Assembly: GCA_051362555.1 (NCBI GenBank)
Contig: CM120645.1
Span: 14,260,001-14,324,000 of the forward strand
Source: Lingula anatina
Taxonomy: Eukaryota > Animalia > Brachiopoda
Direction: 5' to 3'
Length of the DNA stretch: 64,000 bases
A program made the translations under genes and the position numbers. The stretch's first letter is position 1. Every line of letters begins with the position of its first letter. Shown here one piece after another: positions 1-15,165 of the stretch. The notes beneath the pieces are model-generated. The model ran no database searches, was not told the DNA's origin, and worked only from the letters and a program-made list of their open reading frames with translations.

Positions 1-110
1 ACTTTCAACTGAATAAAATTTCACTTACAACTATAAGTGTATTTTAATTAAAATGATTTACTGATTTCACATTTAATCTCCCAGATTACATTTTGGTGAA
101 ATGAACATAC

Positions 111-1575
111 CTGTAAAATATAGAAGAAAGAACCTTGGCCACACTTGCTGCATCCTTTGAAGGAATTGGGTATGTTTCTGTCCACTTTGTATAGTAGTCA
201 GACATGGTGAGGACATACCTATTGCCATTCTCAGACAATGGCAGAGGGCCTATTAGGTCAATGCCAACCATCTCCCATTTCCCAACAACCTTTATCGGCT
301 GCAAGACTGGCGCCTCTGTTCTTATTTTCTCTGAATACTGACATTTGTCGCACATTTTTATCTGCAAAATGCAATAAAATGCACATATATTACAAATAAT
401 GAATTGGTGGCTCATGCCAATCAAATTGGAATAATCAATCTTGTAGGACATCTTGTTAGAGAGGTTGGCAAACCAATTAGAATCGAAATCCAACAAATAG
501 AAAGGTTGTCTTTAGGTTACATTTGCACATTTTGCTTTAGTATTTTTTCACCCAACACACCACTTGTGTTAAATTAATTTTATGTTACAAATTCAAATCA
601 TATAAACTCTTTTTCTCCCTTTCCAAACAAGACCAAGGTCTAAAAAAGTGTTACCCAAAATCACCAATACTTCTTTTATAAAGATCAATCTACATACCCA
701 ATTGTTGATGCATGTAACCATGCTTCTCCAATAAAAACGGCTCTCTATTTTCCCCAGGGTCTTCTTCTGCCCAAAATGGCCTCCCATTGGAGAATCGTGA
801 CATTCGCGAAAGATGTCCTTCTTTTTTTCATCATCAAACACTACTAGTCTCTTTCCACCATTCTTGATGTAATACATATCTGACCCTGAAAATAAAGAAA
901 AAAACAATTCTACTATTAACAAGATAACTGAAGATTTTTGGTCTAAAAAAATACCAACTTGAAATGGTACACATTTGTCAATACCAGTACTTTGTGGATA
1001 AACAGAAAACAGAAACTATGGGATATACGAGCAAACAAGCTGCTATGATGAACCTTTTCATCAGAAATACATGTTTCTGTTTCATGTTCAGAAATGGAAA
1101 TTGCCTTAATTGGACACCAAATGCATAGTGAACATGCAACAAAACGCACCAGTTACAAAAAAGTTTCAGACATGGCTGATGTTGTATGAAGTTTGTTTTA
1201 ACTGCAAAGTTTACTAGCTATAAATTTTAGATTTCATAGATTAATATTATATTATATTTCAATGTACTTTTTTCAATTTCTCACAGATTTTAATTCATTT
1301 CATACCACAGGCTAAACTTTTTAATGTTAAGGAATTAGGTCATGCTTATAACATATCAAAATAACAGAACAGGTATTCCAAAAGAAAGTTACATTTGCAT
1401 ATTAAACCACAATTCATACAAGTGAAAAAAACTTCACCCTCTTACCTTCGCATATAAAATTCTTGGCCATCCTTCTAACTGATGCCTTGTGGTTGGCACT
1501 CCAAGTAGCATCTCCTTTCCTCTCCTGTAGATATTGAAACACATCCTCTAGATCAACTAAGCTGCGTTCTGCCAT
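111..1575 (-). CDS. Spliced Gypsy-integrase-like protein (GIN1/Ginger-type DDE integrase), 5' part; continues beyond the window start
   Basis: Exons 1575-1446, 885-698 and 361-111 join in frame via GT-AG introns (phases 1, 0, 2): MAERSLVDLEDVFQYL...ECHDSPMGGHFGQKKT...RFYW..CDKCQ (HHCC zinc finger)...WEMVGIDLIGPLP...YVLTMSDYYTKWTETYPI (rve core with first catalytic Asp). No RT, RNase H or gag nearby. Confidence 0.9.
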
Positions 1576-1685
1576 GACTGAAAGTAGTATGAGTAACAAG
1601 AACTCTGTAAAACAGATTCTGGTAAAATCCAACACTGCTGAAGACAGTAGGTGAATTAGTGTCAAGAAGTCTCAAAATGCACTCC

Positions 1686-1735
1686 TTTTATACAGACTGA
1701 GAGCAGGTCTTTCATCTGATAAAAATGATTGACAG
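1686..1735 (-). promoter_or_regulatory. Candidate core promoter of the GIN-like gene: TATA box plus PBX-PREP/MEIS-type decamer
   Basis: Minus-strand TATAAAA at 1692-1686, about 110 nt upstream of the ATG; TGATTGACAG at 1726-1735. Confidence 0.45.
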
Positions 1736-2319
1736 TCACTGGAGATAGCTAGGGCATAATTACAAGTAACTGAACTTCACCACTTCAACTGGACAATGCA
1801 AGAAGCCATTCAATCTTGCTTATCATCATCTAAAGATATCCTTTAAAATCACCTGGTAAATATCACCTGGATTTGATGAAAAAAGTGAACTGAATTAAAG
1901 AATCAATCAGGAAATTAGAATAGACATTAAATGTCATGCAAATATGAACTTTTTCCTTTAACACAAATCAATCAAACAAGAATATGTAATAAGGGTGATG
2001 ATCATTTGTAAAATAAAATTAAGTTTAATAAAACCTTGTAATTGGTTCATAAATTGAGCCAACTGTTGATTGACTAAAGACAGAACAATTATTTCATGAA
2101 ATGACCACTTCCTTATAAAAACAATGACAACACTGGTTAATACATTTAATTAGTTGTGAATAATTTACCTCAACCATGATCAAAATGCATTGATATATGA
2201 CCTCAGTGTGGAAAGCATGAAAAGTATGCTTTTCTCATACCTTAAGAGCCCTGATTTAGAAATGTAAGTGTTGTGGAAGATTTACCTTAACAAAGAAAGT
2301 AATCAAAATTAAATTAATT

Positions 2320-3145
2320 CAGAGCATGGGACCCTATAATGTGACAAGCAGGTCTAGAATCTGATGACACTGATTGACAGATGTGGAGATTAGCACTCAA
2401 TTAAAGGTAACTTGTGCTTAATTAACCTAGTAAAGTAATTTAACTCAACTGTTTCAGCTGAACAATGCATGAAGCCATCCAGCCCTGAATCTTGAAATCA
2501 AAAGGTTAAAAAGAAAACAGCTGAAATTCTTTCAAATTGTGACCTGGATATAGTAAGAAAATGAATAACTTATTTTGTAACATGGTTTTGACATTCACAA
2601 AGATAAATGTTTCCAATTCATCTATTTCTACACTACCTGCCTGAAAGTGGTTGAAGTATATACAATCTTGACATATCTCCAACATTTAAGGAGACTAAGG
2701 AATAAGGCACCTATAGTGAAATATAATAATTTCTTCTTTGAATAACAGTAATAATGTAAAAGGAGTTATTACTTTAAGGTAGGAATTTAAGGCCCATCAA
2801 ATGTGTAAATATGCAGGAAACTATATGCTTATTGGTACTTGCATTTTGCAACAAAATTTCTAATTTTGGAACTGAAAAAATATCTCCAGGTTTAACTGGC
2901 CAAATGACAAAAGCACAAAATTGTACATGTCAAGAGATACATACACAAATACAGAGCATGGGACCCTATAATGTGACAAGCAGGTCTAGAATCTGATAAC
3001 ACTGATTGACAGATGTGGAGATTAGCACTCAATTAAAGGTAACTTGTGCTTAATTAACCTAGTAAAGTAATTTAACTCTCAACTGTTTCAGCTGAACAAT
3101 GCATGAAGCCATCTAGCCCTGAATCTTGAAATCAAAAGGTTTAAA
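2320..3145. repeat. Two near-identical ~190 bp direct repeats (2320-2510, 2951-3145); a diverged third copy lies at ~1700-1810
   Basis: Shared agagcatgggaccctataatgtgacaagcaggtctagaatctgat...tgattgacag...gaacaatgcatgaagccat; 1702-1810 shares agcaggtct..atctgat..tgattgacag..acaatgca.gaagccat. Confidence 0.9.
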
Positions 3146-3969
3146 ACAGACAGCTGTAGTTGTCCACCTTTCCCCTAAATAAAAGAAACATACATACAGC
3201 ACATTTCATAGTGCTAATTTTCAATTACGCATAAACTAACTTTTCCAAGATTATAAAAATTTGAAATGATCACAACTGTTTATTTGAAATTAATATATCA
3301 TAATAAAAACATAGTTACTATATCTTAAAAATACTATACATTCTATTTTACCACCAAAACAGGCTTTTCTCATGCTGACCGATTGTTTATGAATCTGCTC
3401 CAACATTCACAGTTAGTCCAGGATTTTTTTCCAAAAGTCTGATTAACTGTAATAACCACTTATGTAATGATATTAATCTCAAACTAACAGTATTAATCCC
3501 TTTCAATGATAAAAAAAATTTAACTTTTTTAAAAAACATGTACTGCACTAACTTTGAATGTCATAATAGATATATATAATCTTTTGCCCCCCAAAAATTC
3601 CCTTTGGGACAGAATGAACAGTTTTTCACCCTTTAAAAAAACTTGCAAACACTTACCATTTACATTTTTTCAGGTTATCCACAATAAGATTGTCCAGTCG
3701 GAAGCCTCCACCTTCCTTATCAGTCCTTTTAACAGGCATAACTACAAAAAAAATAAAGATAATTTAACTGATATATTTCACTTTCATTTATAAACACATG
3801 TGACTCCATAACCAAAAGTATGGAAATTACAGCATTTGTTGTGACACAGTTATATTTTCTTATGATTAAATTTTGGTTAAATTTTATTTCAGACTTTGGT
3901 CAGAATAATATCTAATTTTTTTTTACTGCAAACAAGGTCTGGATAATCAAAATGAATGTATACAAAAAA

Positions 3970-6890
3970 ACACCAAAATGAATTGTATTTATTGGGATCT
4001 ACAAATGGATACAAGGCACACTGCACACACATCTTGCCTCAGGATTTCTGTTGTATTAAATGCTGTACTTGTAGACCCGGAAAGAATTAACTGTACTGCA
4101 GTAGAAGGTTGTAATAGAAAATGTAAGCACGATACAATAAATGAGAACATGAAGTGATACAACCAATAAAAATCCAAGATTCGGCTTTCCATGAGTGAAT
4201 ATCTTCTTGAGCACATCTCATTCCTGAAGTAAAATAATTCTCAAATGTTAGCCAATGATATGAACAATACAAGTAGATTCAGCAAAAGTTACAGACATGG
4301 TAATTTGCAAGAGAACATCCACTTCAGTTATTTAACTAGAAAAACATACCTTTCGTCATTATACAGTTATCAGTAGAAAAATACACTTCTAAGCCTCAAA
4401 ACAACCATGTTTAAAAATGGAAGAGACACTTGGGTGATATCTTTCTTATCAATGTAAAGATATTTATTACTTAGATTGTTTGATAACAATTTAAAATATT
4501 GTGTTCCAGGTTGAAATTTTTACCATGATACTGCATCCATATGTGGCTTGTAATTCCAACAGAATTTTCTAAAATTTAAAAAACAATTGATCTAGTCACT
4601 GGATAGCCATTATACTTACTCTTGTACACATTTGGGGTAGGTGACTGCTGCATTCTTTCTAATGAAGATTGGAATGGGGGAGCACACATGTATGTAGATG
4701 TTACTGAAAGCAACAGAAAAAAGAGACTTTCAAAATATTGCTATTCCAATAGCAAGCTGTGTGGATACAGCCTTAGCTTATGGTTAGGCCATGCACCGAA
4801 CCTCAAAGCACAGAGAAACAAATACTCACAACAATCTTTATCTAATGAAGACTTTTTGTCTAGCTTGAGAATAAGCTAATAGTGTGAAGACTATTTTAGT
4901 TTAATATGATATCATAACATTAACAGTAGAATTATGTTTCAGAAGTTTTAGTGTGGTAAACTTTTTGCAATATCCACTAATTAGTCCATAATATTAAAAA
5001 CAATTCAAAACTTCGGGCATCATGAAGGCTTAAAAAATTGTAAATTATGTGACTGTCTCAGCAGTGCTATCATAGCAATCTCAGTGCAGTGGTCTCTTCA
5101 ATACAGTTTTCATCTGGAAAACACACAAAAAAAAAATTAATTATTTTTGCATGTGTATGTGTTTGTGCTTGAGTGTGTTTGTATAGTATGTAATTTTTGT
5201 GTGCCCATAACTTTATTACTTAACATGTATTGACACAGTCTTCGAGTGAAAATATGAATGCTATTGTCTATATTAACAATGAGATGCACTAATATCGATC
5301 TTTAAACCATTAACTTTTGAGAAATCATTGAAACACAGGATTTTTAGAAAGTTTTTTCAAGTATGATGCTTTATTAAGACTTGAAATCTTGCCCCAGACA
5401 AACATAGCATTGTATCTAATTCGGGGGACTGCTTCCTATGGATATATTAATTTTGTATTATAATATTCAAAGATGCTCTATATAGGACAGGAGGGCGTCT
5501 CGATAGTCCGAAGGTTCATTGGTCCGAAAAGTGGTAACATTTTCATCGATTTTTTGTTCAAGGGTTCATTGGTCAGAAGGTTCTATAGTGAATTTCTATA
5601 TAAAATATAGTTCTATATCCTTCGGACTATTGAACCTTCAGACCATTGAACCTTCGGACTATTGCTACGGCCCCTAGGACAGATCAAGTGTTATTTTAGC
5701 TAATGAATTTTTATTGTTATGTATAGGCATAATCAGAATGCAGTTAGTTCACAGATCAAATATGGCAATACTTGAAAGTATGCTGCACAATATCCTGACA
5801 ATAGTACTATAGTAAAAGATTCCCAGCCTCACACGTGCATTGTCCTAGCTAGCAGAGGCAGAGTAATAAAATCTGGGCATGGGACATGCTATATGTGCCT
5901 TATGTGATAGCTTACATTTAAAACTAAATGGAGTATTCAGTATCTCCTTCTCAAATTTTACAGATTACATTTAACATTGGATTTTGTGAAGTTTATAGAG
6001 TGCCTAACAACACTGTTGATATTAGATGAGTCATAGAGCACCTTAGGAAATGCTTACCAATTTACACAAGCCTGTTTCACAAAACTTAGTGGTGTGCCTT
6101 CAGTATGTATATCTTCTCAAGAAACTTCTTCACTGTTAGTTGCTCTCCACACATGCTGCCTTTTCACTGTTGGTCTCCTAAAACATTCTTCATTTGGAAA
6201 ATTGTTAGCTGTGTCACTAATGAAAAAAACTTTGAAACAGAAAAAAGAAGGTTAGTAATCAAACAGCTACTGGTATATTATTACGGACACCAGCCTACAC
6301 AGCAATGTAACCTAAATAAAGTACCTAAAACATTATTTGGATCACTTGTTTTTATCTGAAACTCAAACTGCAATAAGAAGGTATAAATCAGTACCTATTA
6401 TGGTCTGTCACTTTATCATAAACTTACAATGAAAAGCTTTTTGAATCTTTCTTACTACGTGGGTCGTACAAAACAGGCGTCGACACTATCAATACACAAA
6501 AGCCCTAAAATATCACTTTTGCATATATCCATTTCACTTGCTATGCACACCAAGTCAAGAAAGTGATCTTTCATCACCTATAAGATACTTTTAATTGGTC
6601 AATACACCCTAAAAAATATCAAATTTAGAGTTTGGAAAAATAATTCATCAAATCAAAGGCGACCAGACTGAAACAATTTAAAAAGTCACTGAATTATCAA
6701 ATATAAATAAACGTTTCAACAAATACATATATTATAAAAATCAGAAAGTGATCTGTACTCACCAATGGGTTACATTTCGTTGGTCATTGTACCCCCAAAT
6801 ATCTTAAATTCGGAGTTTGAAAAAAATGTTTTACAAATCGGACGTATTTTCGCAGCCGGAAGTTTCGGTAGCCATTTTGTGCGCAAAAGC
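3970..6890 (-). ncRNA. Probable multi-exon non-coding transcript divergent from RPS23
   Basis: Minus-strand donors GTGAGT (6762), GTAAGT (6427), GTAAGC (~6057), GTGAGT (~4828), GTAAGT (4618), GTATG (4349); polypyrimidine-AG acceptors near 6218, 5116, 4659 and 4225; AATAAA at 3993-3988. No sustained ORF found in the exon frames I read. Confidence 0.45.
5491..5674. mobile_element. MITE with 8-bp TSD (TAGGACAG)
   Basis: Ends gggcgtctcgatagtccgaagg / ccttcggactattgctacggcccc, internal ggtccgaaggttc subrepeats, flanked on both sides by taggacag; same family as 37973-38121. Confidence 0.85.
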
Positions 6891-7005
6891 CCAACGCGCA
6901 TCCAAAACGTACATATTTTGGCAAGGACTTGTTTTTGCAAAACACCGGAAGCCGCGTCTAATCTCGCAAGGGTCGAGATGTTACCCACGTGACCGGTCTC
7001 TTCGA
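6850..7005. promoter_or_regulatory. CpG-rich, probably bidirectional RPS23 promoter with ETS/GABP, YY1, E-box and TCT/TOP-like start
   Basis: CCGGAAGT 6856-6863, GCCATTTTG 6871-6879, CCGGAAG ~6944, CACGTGAC ~6986-6993, pyrimidine tract tctcttc ~6997 just upstream of the ATG at 7024. Confidence 0.65.
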
Positions 7006-7023
7006 CCATCATACTCCGCCATC

Positions 7024-8786
<1,763 letters not shown>

Positions 8787-11428
8787 AGAGACTGTAGAAA
8801 ATAAAGTGAAGCAAAAAAATGAACTTTGTGTATAAAACAAACATATTTGAAAATCAATAAATGATGTCAAATAATCAGAAAGCTTTTTTTTGTTGTTGTA
8901 CACCTTTAACAATATATGGGGTTGATCATATCAAAACCTGGACAGTTACAAAAAGTTTTTTTTTTTTTTTTTTTTTTTTTTAAGAAACTAGATTGCACAG
9001 ACTACTCTTTCAATATAATTTTGGAAATAAAATGGAGAAAAAATGTTAGAAATATTTTTCTGCCTCGTAACATTATTGCATAATTATTAGGTACATTAAA
9101 ATTGTTTTCTCCACTAAGTTTTATTATTTTCATTGTCAATGGATGCAAAAAAAGGTACATTCTATTTCCTAAATGTAAGGATTTAATCTTGAATAAATTT
9201 CTTTTAGAGTTCAGTTTCATACACATGTTAAAATACTTCGCCTTGAAAATGAGTTCATAAACTTTATATTAACAATTTTTTGCTGAATTAATATACCTTT
9301 TAAATCAAATCCCCCTGCTATTTACCCTTCTACAATTTTCAAAATTGTTTTTTAATTTTTTATCTAGAGCATTTTTTCTGTTTTTTTAAGGGGTGGCACC
9401 TTTTGGGCAATATAATCATTAGTATAGCGGTATTAGTATAGAAACTTGCACGAATAAGAAATGCCTACGAAAAATGCAGAAATGATGGGAAATGTAGGGG
9501 ATCAAATGTTTTTTATTAGCATGGATTTTACAATGCGAGTCTGTTCAAATTGTGTTAGTTGTGACTACAACCTCCACAATGTGATAATTGCATTGAAGCC
9601 AAGGTGAAGGTCGCTAAGGATGAATCATGGCTGAAACCAGTTGATGATTTCCTGACGAATAAATGGACCTGTTGGTGTACATTTAAGGTAACAAATGTGC
9701 CGCTAATGCATTTATTTAAGAGAATTGAATTATACATAAAGCTTACGCTGGTTTTTTAATTGAAAAAAGAACTGAAAGTAGATTTCTTTTTGCTAACAAC
9801 TTGCAAAGAAATTGAAACAGGAAGACTCTGGAAGATGTGATAGTTGATATAATCTTGCACAGATTCTTATTGATTTGACCGAGGTTTTTCGAGTGTGACG
9901 AAATCGGTGCATTTACTTGTACCCATTAATTGTGGCCATTGATTGACTTCTTGGTGCTTTATGTATAAACTATAGGAACAAAACGTGGTTCTTTAACACG
10001 GGTATCTAGTTACTAAAGTAAACATCGAGATATTCAAATATAAATACTCTCAGGCTCGCTTCCTGAAATTGTTTGTCTCGCTTTCTTTTCAGTATAAAGA
10101 AAGTAAATAAACAAAATCACAGTGATGATATTTGACCATAAAGAATGTATAGACCCTACCGGCACTGTTCATTGGACAGTTATAAGTCTTCTTGAAGTAC
10201 TGTGTATCATGCTGTTGAGTATCTTAAACACACTTACTAGGCTAAAAGTACAATCATCAGGCCTGTTGCCAGCAATTTTTATAATAATTTAGGGTATGAA
10301 ATACTAAGACTACTTTTGGTGCTTTGCTTAATGCTTTTAATTGAAATATATATATATGCCTAATCACAAATCATGACTCTTAAAAATGTATACCCATTGC
10401 TGAAGAAAACACAGATAGTGATGGCCTTACAGAAGTAATATAGAGCAAAAAAATCTATGTTTATATAAACAATATTAGCCCTGCTTTCTTTCTAAACATT
10501 TCACTGTGTTCATTTTCCAGATACTGTATAATTAACAAATACAGATTTGAGTCTGAGAGAGATTCTGAAAGAGCACTAAAGGGTGTTTTATATTAAGCAC
10601 AGATGGCTGCCACATTCAAGCACTAAGTCAACATAATGTTAGCAAAGTAGACAGTTTGTTTATCAAGAAATTTATCAGTTTCTCATCAATGTAGAGCATG
10701 TATAAGATATGTATTTTAAAAGGCCTGTGGCATTTAGGTTTTGATTTGCTGTGATCCAAACTAAAATGTTACATAGTATTGCAGGCATTTTAGTGGAAAG
10801 CTACTTCCTTATTTTTAGTGTCATTTTATTTATTAAGATATATATAGTTTGGTGCAATAACAGTATGGTTTTACTTTTAAGATGATATTGTTAGTTTATT
10901 ATCTGTTATCAAAGTTATTTAGGGTTAATTTTAAAATGGTAATAGATGATTTAGATTTTTTTAAATTGATTGATTGAGAGAAACATTAGATCAGAAATTG
11001 ACAGAAATTGATCAAGTTTGATGATGGACTCTAATTCATGCTTGACCTAAAATAATTTCTTAATAACCATGGCATGTAAACATTAAAAGGTTGGTTATAT
11101 CAAATAATTTTTAAACCTTTTACATGTATGCGTACTTTTTCAAAATTTTTATAGAGAGGCAGCTTTGCAATAATATTTGTGTAGAGGACCAGTGCTAATA
11201 TTTGAGATTGAGTCTTCTAAATATTTGTATACTAGTACTTAGTTTATTTTTACTGATCTAATTCATTTTTTTTCTCAGCTATGAAAAAAATTGCCAAAAT
11301 ATCAAGTGATATATTTATTTGTTTGTATCTGAATGTTATCTTTGGATTTTTTTTCAATTCCTTCTTAGATGTAGAAGACCAGAAATATTCCGAGTGTCTA
11401 GCAAAGGTACTAAACAGACTTGCCAACA

Positions 11429-14400
11429 ATGGAGAGAGCGATGTACCTCCCACTGTTGCTGTGCTTCTTTGTTTTCCTATGCAAAGCTGGTAAGTATGTC
11501 ACCATATATTACGAAAATAAAATAATATATTATTGAATCTTTAATCTGTTATCTATCTAAAATTTAAATTTATTATATGTTATTATGAACAGCCGATGCA
11601 GTAAATTAAATATGAAAATGAGCTATTGTTATTATGATATTTCACCAGTATCTTACAAAGAGTATCCCATATCTTTTCTTCTCTAGAAAATAAAGTCATT
11701 AAAAGTCGCAAAGGAAGAGTAGTAAATTTACCATGTGATCATGGCAGCATCAACAGGAACAACATTGATCAAGTCCTATGGTTCAAAGGGACTCAGTCTC
11801 TTCTTTCCTGGTCAAATATAGGTGTCACTAGCACTGCTGGCACTGATCCAAAAGCCCAGGAAAGGATTACCATCATCGAGGCAGATTTCTCGCTGAGATT
11901 AAATTCTGTGGTGATGGAGGACACTGGACAGTACAAGTGCTACGTGGAGTATACAAGTGGCAATGATACATTGATGGTGAACTCGACACTACTGCTCACT
12001 ATACAAGGTGGTTTGACAGATCAAACACAATTTTGTTTTGCCAAGGTTTTACTTGTATATTTAGTTCAAGAAGTACAGAACACTTTATCATTCTGTAACA
12101 GTTGGTGGTGATATCTTTTTTTATTTTTCAAAAAAAAAAAAATGGCAGCAATACAGTCAATCTGCACTAGTTTTTTAATATCCAGCAAAAATAACAAAAA
12201 ATGAAAACTTGTGTAACTAAAAAATTTGCTTATCCGGGTGCCAAAAGTTAAACTTTAAATCCAGGAAAAAATAAATATTGGTTGTGTGAAAAGGTGAAGT
12301 TCTTTTGCACTTTCTTTTATACAGATGTGCCGAGCCCACCAGGGAAACCAATAGTATCGAACATCCAGTCCAGGTCCTTTCATGTGACATTCACAGCCAG
12401 TGCACTAAGTAACAACAGCCCAATTAAATATTACAATGTGCATGTCATACACAGGTAGGTGAAGAGGGTCCCTTGTTACAAAACAAAATAAGTCGAGAAT
12501 ATTTCTTGGCAAAGACTGAGGATTTGAATTTTACTCGACTACTAATTAAGCTGTGTGTCACTGAGCATCTTCATGGCTGTTTCTTTTATTTTTAGCTTCA
12601 AGACGTAGCCCCTAGAGCATATTCTGATATATATATATATTACAATAATTTTAACTCTGAATGATGTCCATTTAGATTTCACAATTACATTTAATCCAAA
12701 ATAGTAATTTGTACTAGTAATTTAAAAGTGCCTCTTTTGTCATCTATGCCATTTTTATCAGACAAAGTCTAAAATTCTGCATGAGATTATATTGATAACT
12801 GTCTTGTTCATTTTTTCCATTAATTTTTATTTCAGGGGAGGAAATTGGGAAAACGCCATCTCCTTCCAGGTGCATGCCACCTCTAACCTGTCGAATATTT
12901 TGATATCGTCTGCTGGTATCATCAGACCCTACAGAAATTATGTGGTCCGCATTTCCGCCATCAATGAAATAGGGAACAGCAGCGCCAGCGAGGAGACTGA
13001 AGTTCAGACGGCTGAGGACGGTAGGTGGTTGATGATGCTTTTAACCCCTGGTTTTTGTGTTTGAACTCAGATATCCGACTTTTTTAGGAGTTTTGTCCTA
13101 TTAGTGATTTGAAGTTTTAATTTTAACTGATTATTTAATTTTTTAAGTAGTTTATTGTATTTATAATTTTTAACATTGTGTTTTTAACTATCTTACTTAT
13201 TTTAAGAACTTGCGACAGACATTTATTTCTTATATATATATTTATTTTATATAAGCTGGATATATTATTCTTGTTATAAGACGAAGATCTCCTGCAATAA
13301 GATTTAAACATTTGAAGTGTGGTGATTTTAGGAAGATTTTTAGTGAAAGAAAACTTGTGATATAAAGTTTAATATTTTAATTTGTCATCCAAATGTACTT
13401 GAAATGTTCTAAATCTTCTTCAAAACAGAAATATCATACTTGAAGTTAGTATATTTTTTACAAGAAATAGTTTCTTTCAAGGTAATAGTAAAGTTAAGAT
13501 GAATGAAAGAAAATTCAGAAAATTTGATAACTTATTTTTAAATGTTTATTATAATTATTTTTATTATTTTATTGACAAATAGTTCACAAATTTAAAGTGA
13601 AGCCTTACACTGTTTATGCAGGTCACAGAGTGATTTCATATGATGGCACATTGCCCTATGCACACAATTATTACTAACAATTTAGCTGTGTAAAGCATGA
13701 TGGGTTAATTTCACATCTGTTAGAAAGGTACAAGTCCTACACAAAAGTTACCAAGACTGATGTGAAGTTTACTCCACATGCTTTAATATATATATTACTT
13801 TTTAAAAAAGTGATTGATATAATATTACTAATATTATGAAAATCAGGTTCCTCAATCCCTATTGACATTTTTATTTTATTATTAAATTCACTTTTTCATT
13901 GCATCAGAATATTTCTTACTAATTATGTATATTTCTTACAGGCACTAAAAACTGCACAGCATGTACTATTACAGTAGAGGACTTCAGAATTGACTGAAGA
14001 TCCCTTAAATTCCTTTTGATTTTAACATGTGAAACATTTTCTTTTTTTCCTGTAGAAACCACTAATGGGTGTCTTAAATATACTTAACGATGCTTCAGTT
14101 ATTGATGGTATTAAATGACCAAGGGAGAAAGTCATATTGAGGAATTGTATCTTTATATGATTAGTGTATGAATTGATAGAATTGGGGGAAAAAAAGGTCT
14201 CATTTTGGGATACTCAGGTACTTAGAGAATGAAGAAAAGGTATACATGTATGCACTGTAAACAGTATGTAATAACATTTTATGAATGGTAAGTCATTCAG
14301 GGATTTTTCAGATCTTTTTGTATTGATTTTGACCTGAATGATAATTTAATATACTCATAGATATCTTTCTTACATTTCTACTAAATTGATAATTCCTCTT

Positions 14401-15125
14401 AATAACACCTAAAAGACGATTGTTTTTCTTTCTCTCTTTCTTTAAAGTCATTTGCATGCTGGAAATTTGCACTCAGTGCAGTGTGAAGTTTTGTCACAAT
14501 TCATTTTTCTTTGACTGCCACCTAATAAATGTTAACGAAGCCAAGACTAATCACTTCCTATTTGCCTAATACCTTCTCTGTTCTTTATGCTTACATCTCA
14601 GTCACAGTAAAAACTACCTCCAGAAAATGTTATGGCAATTATATATTTATATAAGGAATTACCACATTTATCTATCTGTTTGGAAGAAAGTAACACTGCT
14701 GGTATTGAATGCCCAAGAACCAACTGTAAGCACAGCGCCATCTATTGAACATTTTGCACTTTAACTTTTTTTCTCACACATTTGGCACCAGATTAGTATA
14801 CTAAGGCATGTAAGTATAAACATGATTGTTTCTGCCCGTGTGAACTTACACAGCTTGGGGGAAAAAACTCTACCCATCTTCACGTCACTGCTACAGTTGT
14901 ATTTATACCTCCTCTTCAGAGCCGCTCGCTAAGCCCACCATCCTTGAAATACGTAACCTGACGAATTCGTCAGTCCAGCTTCACTGGCAGGATCCGTCAC
15001 CCGACACCCTGAACGGGGAACTCCTGGGGTATAAGATAGTGTATAAGCGCCACCCAGAGGGGAACTTGCACCCAATTACGGTGCCTAACCCAGATGAAAA
15101 GGTGTGTTTGTGTTCCTGTGTGCAT

Positions 15126-15165
<40 letters not shown>

